Assembly: GCA_963827655.1 (NCBI GenBank)
Contig: CAWHCF010000004.1
Location: 106,880-170,879 of the forward strand
Origin: an uncultured Acidobacteriota bacterium
GTDB taxonomy: Bacteria > Acidobacteriota > UBA6911
Length of the DNA: 64,000 nt
Reading direction: 5' to 3'
Made by a program: the position numbers and the translations under genes. The notes beneath the pieces were generated by a model. It was not told where the DNA came from. It was given only the letters and a program-made list of their open reading frames with translations, and searched no databases. This document shows positions 56,712 to 64,000 of the stretch, piece after piece; position 1 is the first letter of the stretch; each line of letters starts with the position of its first letter.

Positions 56712-57730
56712 CGGGCGTCGCTGACCCCCGACGGTTTTTCCAGGAAGAGTGTTAATAGCTGAACCACGGCATCCAAATTTTCGCCGCAGTGGAGTCTATA
56801 GCATCCTTTTTGAATCAACCTCAGCCAAAAACGGCGATGCCGCTCCATGACTTCGGGCCTGTCATACACGAGGTCGCGCGAAAGAAGTTGGAGGGCTTCA
56901 TGGGGATCAATGGCTTCGTATCGCGGCTGAGTTGCGCAACGCTCGAGAAAAAAAATTGCTTCGGGCTTACACCGGGTTAGCGTCTGACCTGGCAGAAACG
57001 CGTCAACATCGATCTCGAAGCAGTCTTTGCCATCGAATCGCAGCTCCGCCGTATTCTGGCTTAACTCCGGAAAGAATCGGGTGTAGTCGGGCAGAAAGCG
57101 GAGATGCCAGGGCTTACCCCAGACATTGAGTTCCTCGTCCTGTTCGCGAAGATAAACCACGTCGTCGGTGACCACCCGGAATCCGCGGCGAGCGCAGGCG
57201 AAAGCCAGGGTGCTCTTTCCGGCTTGGCTTGGTCCGCAGAAAATGAGTCCACGATCTCCGAGCGCCACCGCGGAGCCATGAATGTAGGTGTGGGTACTTG
57301 CCTTGCCTTGAGTCAGCAAGGTGAAGGTCAGGCATTCCAGGAAGGTGTTGCGGAGAAAGGCAGCGTCACGAGCCATCGCTGGAGTCAGGAATCCTGCCGC
57401 ATGCCCTTTTTCAAGATCAGCGATGGCAGTGTTCTGGCGCCCGACCGAGACATAGAAAATATCTCCCTGGCCTCGGAAAACCGGGTCGGGCCAGGGAGGA
57501 ACTTCATTGAAAGCATTGTCCACCAGGAGTCGGATTACGATTTGAGCGTCTCTGGAATCCGGTGAAGATGGAGAGCCATAACGCCCGAAGCTGGCCCGGC
57601 ACGCCTGGGCGATCTCCGGGCTGTTGGTTTCGAGCCGCAGGTGAGCACCCAACGGCGTGAAGTGCTCGACCAACGGGGCCGGGCAGCTCCGACCCAAAGG
57701 ATCCCACGCATCGGCAAGCTTTTCAGTCAT
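56708..57730 (-). CDS. HPr-kinase-like P-loop kinase
   Basis: IHGSAV, GPSQAGKSTL, TDDVV; 4 nt overlap with the nucleotidyltransferase. Confidence 0.85.
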   Translation of the reverse strand: MTEKLADAWDPLGRSCPAPLVEHFTPLGAHLRLETNSPEIAQACRASFGRYGSPSSPDSRDAQIVIRLLVDNAFNEVPPWPDPVFRGQGDIFYVSVGRQNTAIADLEKGHAAGFLTPAMARDAAFLRNTFLECLTFTLLTQGKASTHTYIHGSAVALGDRGLIFCGPSQAGKSTLAFACARRGFRVVTDDVVYLREQDEELNVWGKPWHLRFLPDYTRFFPELSQNTAELRFDGKDCFEIDVDAFLPGQTLTRCKPEAIFFLERCATQPRYEAIDPHEALQLLSRDLVYDRPEVMERHRRFWLRLIQKGCYRLHCGENLDAVVQLLTLFLEKPSGVSDAR

Positions 57731-57830
57731 ATTGAGGTATCTTCGCGATTCGCTATGGCTTGGTGGTGATACACCAAGTATACAACCGAGCTTGCGGGAG
57801 AGGCAGGAGAGAAGGACATTATCTTACATG

Positions 57831-59411
57831 TCAATGCTCAGTGCTCAATCGGTAAATCCGGGCGCCTTTATTCCCGTTTCGGATTTCAATCTCGGGATGA
57901 CGGCGTTCCGCATACGACGACAGCAGCCGTTCATGATTCTGAGCCGGAACAAAGTCATCAAAAATTACAAGGTACTCGATTTGCCGATCCCGTACAAATT
58001 TTTCGCAGAATGATGCCTCGAGATCTTTGAGCCGATCTGCGCTCAGAATCTTTTCCCGCCCCATCCACGAAAACGCAAGGACGCGCTGGTAATCGAAAGG
58101 CGTGGTCTCAGTCTCCCGCAGCATCCGAATGGCCATCTCTTTTCCCCTGGCCCCGCCACTTCTTTCGGCGCGACCAAGGTGAAAGAGCAATTGGTCTTCG
58201 GGCAGCGGTCGAGCCAGAATCAACGCCGGCGTTTGCTTCCTGGCCAGGAACTGCGCCACTTCGAAACTTGTTTTCACCTCGGGATCTTCGTTGGCTGCGG
58301 CGACGCGGTGAATCCCCCGGTTGAGACCTAGCGCCGCGATCAGAAGCAGCGCAAGAAGCAGCAGTCCATTAGATAAGAGCGGGGCGCGGGCAAGCATTCG
58401 AGGTAGTTCTCCAGCCAATCGGCTCCCGCCTACTCCTGCGTACAGGATCAGCAAGGTAATCGGCACATATGCTTCCCGCTCGGTTACAAACCGCAGTGGG
58501 TCGGGCTTGATGCCGTGCGCTGAGAAGATGAGCGCGCCCAGAAACAGGATAGTGAAGAAAGCGAGCGTGGCGTGAGACTGGTTTTGTTTTGGCGTTCGGG
58601 CATGGGCCCAGGTCAAAGCAAGTCCCAATAGAGACATCAGGATCACGGCGGAATCGGTCCACCACAGAGCGGATTTCACGACGAAGTAGGGACGGTAGAG
58701 CCGCGCCCACTCCGACCCCCAATCCAGCACATAGGTCCCGCCGGGACTGACGCCTCTGTTCCAAGCCAGCCACAAAAGCGGGGCCCAGCCGAAGAGCATC
58801 GCGGATTGAACGAGATGTCGGAGACGAAGTTTGCCCCCGATCTCCGGGGTCCTCCAGATGTGATACGCCGCGGCCGCCGCGGCCCCAATCCATCCTTCAT
58901 ACCTGGTAAGACACGCTATTCCGATCCAGACGCTCGAGAGAACCAGATTCCGCGCCGACGGAGGGCGGAAGAGGTAGTAGAAGCCCCAAACCAGCCCCGC
59001 CCAGAGAAGAGGCTCCTGGTAAGGGACGCGGGAATACAGGACGATGAAAGGATGGGTGGCGTAGAGGACAACCGCAAGCCAGGCCGCGCGCCGGTCACCG
59101 CTGAGCTGCAGGGTCAGAGCATAGAGTCCTGACGCTCCAGCCGCTGACACGAGCGCCATCAGGATCCATACTGCCAGGGGATGGTAGAACGCGAGCATCG
59201 TGTAGTGGAGCAGGACCTGAAAAAGAGGGAGCTGGTAGCCGATAAGGATTTTAGGGAAATTTACCAGCCGGATGATGGTGTCCCCTCCATAGATGATCGG
59301 ATAGCGCTGCAGGATGCTGATATGCAATACGGTTATTGCCGCAAAGATCATGACCACATCCCGGATCCGAACCTCGGGCGTCACTCGCTTCTGATTGTCG
59401 CGGGTTTCCAT
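57831..59411 (-). CDS. GT-C-like polytopic membrane protein
   Basis: Many TMs; LPL, S..PYQEPL, ACLTRYEGW motifs. Confidence 0.65.
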   Translation of the reverse strand: METRDNQKRVTPEVRIRDVVMIFAAITVLHISILQRYPIIYGGDTIIRLVNFPKILIGYQLPLFQVLLHYTMLAFYHPLAVWILMALVSAAGASGLYALTLQLSGDRRAAWLAVVLYATHPFIVLYSRVPYQEPLLWAGLVWGFYYLFRPPSARNLVLSSVWIGIACLTRYEGWIGAAAAAAYHIWRTPEIGGKLRLRHLVQSAMLFGWAPLLWLAWNRGVSPGGTYVLDWGSEWARLYRPYFVVKSALWWTDSAVILMSLLGLALTWAHARTPKQNQSHATLAFFTILFLGALIFSAHGIKPDPLRFVTEREAYVPITLLILYAGVGGSRLAGELPRMLARAPLLSNGLLLLALLLIAALGLNRGIHRVAAANEDPEVKTSFEVAQFLARKQTPALILARPLPEDQLLFHLGRAERSGGARGKEMAIRMLRETETTPFDYQRVLAFSWMGREKILSADRLKDLEASFCEKFVRDRQIEYLVIFDDFVPAQNHERLLSSYAERRHPEIEIRNGNKGARIYRLSTEH

Positions 59412-59592
59412 TTGCGGCTTCCCACCCTTGAGCTGTGAGTCTACCCGCGCGGTCCGGTCGCGGCAATGGAATTGCGTTTTTGCTCTAATGGTTCGGAAGA
59501 AATCACGACTATGTCAGTGGAAAGCGAATAATCGACACAAAGAAGGGCCTGTGGAATTGACACCTTCGAGCGTTCGAGACTACGATTCCCAG

Positions 59593-61329
59593 GTGAGAGT
59601 AGCCCTTGTACACGACTGGCTCACCGGAATGCGCGGAGGGGAACGCGTTCTGGAGGAGCTGTGCGAGCTATTCCCGCACGCCACTCTTTTTACCTTGTTC
59701 CATGCCCGGGGCTCCGTGACGCCACGGATCGAGGCGATGCCGATCCGGACGTCCTTTCTCGATCGTTTGCCGGGCGCAGCCCGCCATTACAGGTACTTGT
59801 TGCCGCTCTACCCATGGGCGGTCTCCCGTTTCGACCTTCGTGGCTTTGACGTCATCCTCAGCAACAGCCATGCGGCCGCCAAAGGAATTCGCAAGCCGCC
59901 TGGGAGTATTCACATCTGCTACTGCCTCACGCCGATGCGTTATATCTGGGACATGCAGGAAGAGTATTTTCATTATTCAGACCCGCTCGGCCTCCGCAGA
60001 GCCGCTTTGAAAGCAATGACAACGCCGTTGCGCGCCTGGGATGTTGCTACCGCAGCCCGGGTCGATCAGTTCATCGCCGATTCGCGTCATGTTCAGGATC
60101 GAATTTCCCGCTGCTACGGACGTTCGGCAGAGTTGATTTACCCGCCGGTGGAAACAAACTTCTTCACGCCGGCTCAAGACGCCAATGGGGTCCCGGGTTT
60201 TTACTTGATCGTGTCGGCTCTGGTACCGTACAAACGCCTGGACCTGGCCGTTGATGCTTTCAATGAGCTTGGACGCTCGTTGATCGTGGTGGGCTCCGGG
60301 CCTGATCTGCAGCTTCTCAGAAAGCGGGCACGCCCTAACATCGAGTTCCGTGGTTTTGTTCCGAAGGACGAGCTCCGTACGCTTTATCGGCAATGCCACG
60401 CTTTGGTTATACCCGGCCGGGAAGACTTCGGTCTGGCTTCGCTCGAAGCGCAGGCGTGTGGCCGACCGGCCGTGGCTTATGGCGCGGGCGGGTCGCTCGA
60501 ATCAGTCATCGACGAAGTGACAGGAGTTCTATTCGGGCGACAAACGACCGATGCCCTGGTTGAGGCAGTCCGGCGGCTGGAGCGAATCAGGTTCAACCCG
60601 GGAAAGCTGCGGGCGAACGCGGAGCGATTTTCAGCCGAGAGGTTCCGGCAGTCGATGCGCGCGATTGTCGAAAAGGCGCAGAATTCATCGAAGGGAAAAG
60701 CGGTCTTTGCTCTTCGTCCGGCACAGCCGCCACGACACCCTCATCCTTCGTTGTCAGGACTCTCGGGACTGCTAAAACGCGGCCTCGATATATCGGTCTC
60801 TCTCCTGGGCTTGGCCATACTTGGCTTGCCGATTCTTTTGACGGCTCTCGCGATACGTCTCGGCTCGCCCGGTCCGGGCTTTTTTTTTCAGTCTCGGGTT
60901 GGACTCGGTGGGCAGAGCTTTGACATGGTCAAACTCCGAACCATGCGGGAGGATGCTGAACGAGACGAGGGACCGACCTGGGCCGTGAAGGACGATCCGC
61001 GCTGTACTCAGATCGGGGGCTGGCTGCGGCGGTATGGTGTGGACGAATTGCCGCAGCTGTGGAACGTGCTCAAAGGGGAGATGAGCCTGGTCGGGCCCCG
61101 GCCGGAGCGCCCGGAATTCCTCAGGATCTTCGAAGCTAAAATGCCGGAGTTCGCACGAAGGCTCGAGGTCCGCGGAGGTCTGACGGGGCTCGCCCAAATA
61201 CGGGGTTGGCGCGGAGACACTTCGGTGGAAGAGAGACTGCGCTCGGATCTCGAATACATTGAGACCTGGTCATTAGCCAAGGACCTCTGGATAATATTGC
61301 GCACCGCCTCTTTCCGGCTTTCGCGGTAG
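59593..61329 (+). CDS. GT4 glycosyltransferase fused to a WcaJ/WbaP-type phosphoglycosyltransferase domain
   Basis: VALVHDWLTGMRGGERVL, EDFGL..LEAQACG, then LKRGLDI, KLRTM, DPR.T..G..LR...DELPQLWNVLKGEMSLVGPRPE in one frame. Confidence 0.88.
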   Translation: MRVALVHDWLTGMRGGERVLEELCELFPHATLFTLFHARGSVTPRIEAMPIRTSFLDRLPGAARHYRYLLPLYPWAVSRFDLRGFDVILSNSHAAAKGIRKPPGSIHICYCLTPMRYIWDMQEEYFHYSDPLGLRRAALKAMTTPLRAWDVATAARVDQFIADSRHVQDRISRCYGRSAELIYPPVETNFFTPAQDANGVPGFYLIVSALVPYKRLDLAVDAFNELGRSLIVVGSGPDLQLLRKRARPNIEFRGFVPKDELRTLYRQCHALVIPGREDFGLASLEAQACGRPAVAYGAGGSLESVIDEVTGVLFGRQTTDALVEAVRRLERIRFNPGKLRANAERFSAERFRQSMRAIVEKAQNSSKGKAVFALRPAQPPRHPHPSLSGLSGLLKRGLDISVSLLGLAILGLPILLTALAIRLGSPGPGFFFQSRVGLGGQSFDMVKLRTMREDAERDEGPTWAVKDDPRCTQIGGWLRRYGVDELPQLWNVLKGEMSLVGPRPERPEFLRIFEAKMPEFARRLEVRGGLTGLAQIRGWRGDTSVEERLRSDLEYIETWSLAKDLWIILRTASFRLSR

Positions 61330-61379
61330 CGCGTAAGAACAAAAGCCACCACTGAGACGCGAAGACACGAAGAAGACTG

Positions 61380-63530
61380 TTAATCGGCGGTAACGACAAC
61401 CGCAATGTCGAGGGGTTTACCTCCACGCGCGTCGAACCACGCCACGTCTTCTTGCAGCATGGTTAGCCGCAAAATAAACCGTCCCGGTTGACCGGGAGCT
61501 TTAACGATCGCCCTTAGCGATATTTCCTGGGCGGGAGCCACAACATGAGGTAATCCCGTGCGCTCGCCATCCCGTTGATACATTTTGCCCGTCTCATCAA
61601 GCCAGTGATAGGCGAAATGCACCGGATTTATGTCTTTAAAACCGAACGCCGGCCAGGGTACTTTGCCGCTGTTCTTTACCGAAACCGGGATGCGGACGGT
61701 TTCGTTTGCGCGTAAAGTCTTTGGAGGCGCAGGCGAACTGATCTGCTGTGAGAACTCTTTGAGCGCGCCGCCGTCGAGGCCGCGCTGAGCCATCCGATCA
61801 GCCAGGCGGAGCGCCGCGGTTTCCCTGGTGATCTTCTCCGCCCGAATGACTTCATAAACCTCGTCCGGCCCGAAGCTCTCGATCTTTCGAAGGCGGTCAG
61901 CGAAGTGAGACGAGGCCGAAGCGATGCTCTCGCTGGCTTCCTGGTCGAGCTTGCCGGTATGCACAATCACAAAACGGACGCCGATTTCCTCGAGAAAATC
62001 GAGGGCAGCCGAAGACGGGAAGGTTTCCAGGAGTGTGCGCATCGGCCTGAACCACGGCGGGTAATAGCCACTATAGCCATTGACGAGATCTTTCCAATGA
62101 AACACGGAGAAATAGTTGTATTCAACGTCCAGGTCTCGTATCGGCAGCTCTGCGATGGGCAAGTTCCCTGTCTGTTTGCCCAGCCACTGGTATACCGGAG
62201 GCGGTTGGCCTTTTCCCGGGACCGTCGCCACTGGAATCGGCACCGAGAAATATTCAACGAGAACCAGGATTCCGAGAATCGATGCAATCAGTCTTCGGGT
62301 TCCGGGTCCGTTGCATTATTGCCAGAATCCCGTAACCGGCAAGCAGTGCCGCCCCGAATATAAAGAACAGCGAGATTCTGGCTGGAGCCCGGAGGCCATC
62401 GAACCCGGGCACGAGCATGTAGACAAGGAAATACGGCCCCGGAAGCCAGAAGCTTCCCAACAGCTGAATCTTGGGCCCCAGTGACAACACCAGGGCCGAA
62501 ATCGCGGTGAGCAGGGCGAATCCAGCCATGCGTCTTTGCGACGGCGCAGCACGGCCACGCTTGAATGAAAGTACCGCCCCCACGGCGGCCAGGACGATAA
62601 GGCTTAACCCGGGATGCAGCTCCCCTTCAACCTTGCGGAACTGCTGCGTGATGGGGCCCCATATCCGGTTAGCCGGCGGGGCACAGATGTAGCTGGTCAA
62701 GTCCGCTGAGAACTGAATCGTTTCTCCAACACTTCGGGAAAGCCCGTAGAGCCGCTTGACCCGAAGGTAGGGATAAAGAAAGGGACCTGCGCAGAGCAGG
62801 ATGGCAAAGACAGAGATCAGGAGCTTACGGCAAAGGTCCCAGCGGAGGAGTTCGCGCTGAGTGTAAAGATGGTAGGCGATGAACAGCCCGACGAAGAGAC
62901 TGGTAAACAGCGCGTAATAACCGCATGACAAAGTTTGTAACAGGGAAAAAAATGTGAATGCGAAAAGATTGCGATAGGAGCGCTGCTTCAAGAAGCGGTT
63001 CAGGAAAAGAAAGACGAATGGTATCCACTGGGAGGTCAGGAGCTGAATTTGCCACAGGTGGGCGAAACGAAACGGGCAAAAGGCAAAGATGGCCCCACAC
63101 ACAAGCGCGGGCGCCTCTCTTTCGGTGAGTTCTCTCACCAGGAGATACATTCCCCAACCTGACAGGGCAAAGGAGGAGAGGAAGAGAAGGTTGTAAGTCA
63201 GGATCAGGCTGCCTGAAAACAGGTAGACCGGTAATCCGAGGAGTGCACTGGCAAAGAGATGTTCGGAATAGGCAAGGACATCGGGAGCCGGGTAGAAAAC
63301 ATTCGCCTGCCAGAAATCGTGAGCGGCAAATCCGAGCCCCTTGTGGAAGTTCCACGCGAGGATCCAGAGGTTCAGCAGAGGATCTCCAGATCACCCGGAA
63401 CCGCATGCCAGGGATCGCGAATGACGGGATAGGTCAGGATGACCGAAAGGACCGAGTAGAGAAGGAGTGCGGCAACTGAATGAACTTGCCGGCGGCTGAA
63501 GCGAAAGAGGGAGTCTCTCCGAGTATTCAC
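61380..63530 (-). CDS. YfhO/GT-C-like membrane protein with C-terminal Ig-like domain (frameshifts)
   Basis: DPLLNLWILAW, NVFYP...LAYSEH, LRAPAR, HW..LVNGYSG across several frames. Start is approximate. Confidence 0.7.
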
Positions 63531-63599
63531 GCTGAGTATCTTGGACGGGGGAACAAACCAACCTCTAAGACTCGAAGAAACGCTAAGAGAACATGGTCT

Positions 63600-64000
63600 T
63601 CAGGGCGACGGATCCGGGAGGATCGTGCATACGACCGCGCGCTTGTCTCGCGGTCCGTCGAACTCGCAAAAGAACACGTTCTGCCACCGCGAGAGCCCCA
63701 GCTTTCCGCCGATCAAGGGAATCGTTTCCGACGGCCCCACGAGCCCCGCTTTGATGTGCGCGTCTCCGTTATCGTCCTGCCGGTCGTGAAGCCAGACCCC
63801 AGGCGGAATGAGCTTCCGCAGAAACTGGACGACGTCGGTCTGGACGCTTTCGTCCCAGTTTTCCTGAATCATGATCGCGGCCGTTGCACCCTGGGCGTAC
63901 AGGGCAACGAGCCCATTCTGGATACCGGACTGGCTTACGGCCTCTCGAACTTCACGCGTGATATCGACCAGCTCTTCCCGCTGGCGGGTGGTTATCTCGA
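63600..64000 (-). CDS. yjbQ: YjbQ/UPF0047 family protein, 5' end outside the window
   Basis: LVDIT, TAA..IQEN, HD..D.NGDAHIKA, L.L..WQ..FFCEFDGPR. Confidence 0.9.
   Translation of the reverse strand, partial: EITTRQREELVDITREVREAVSQSGIQNGLVALYAQGATAAIMIQENWDESVQTDVVQFLRKLIPPGVWLHDRQDDNGDAHIKAGLVGPSETIPLIGGKLGLSRWQNVFFCEFDGPRDKRAVVCTILPDPSP

Overview
GC-rich bacterial DNA, most consistent with Acidobacteriota (inferred from an ADOP-type permease, an ECF sigma/Ser-Thr kinase pair and several PQQ-like beta-propellers). Many genes are split by apparent single-base frameshifts, which look like long-read assembly errors rather than real decay. The left half holds toxin-antitoxin remnants, an Fe-ADH, an ECF/kinase cassette, a NadQ-regulated nadA-nadC locus lacking nadB, several hydrolases, and an operon of two PQQ-like propellers plus an EhpF/GriC-like adenylating enzyme and an aldehyde-dehydrogenase-like reductase. 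The main candidate for an undescribed system is in the right half: a ~13 kb co-oriented cluster of five cobalamin-binding radical SAM genes, three class I methyltransferases, an amidohydrolase and a SPASM/twitch radical SAM gene. It sits inside a cell-surface glycosylation locus (GT4, O-antigen-ligase-like, several GT-C-like membrane proteins, a GT4-phosphoglycosyltransferase fusion) that also carries an HPr-kinase-like/nucleotidyltransferase pair. No precursor peptide, rRNA, tRNA or CRISPR array was seen. All family assignments are from motif recognition and recall; no searches were run.
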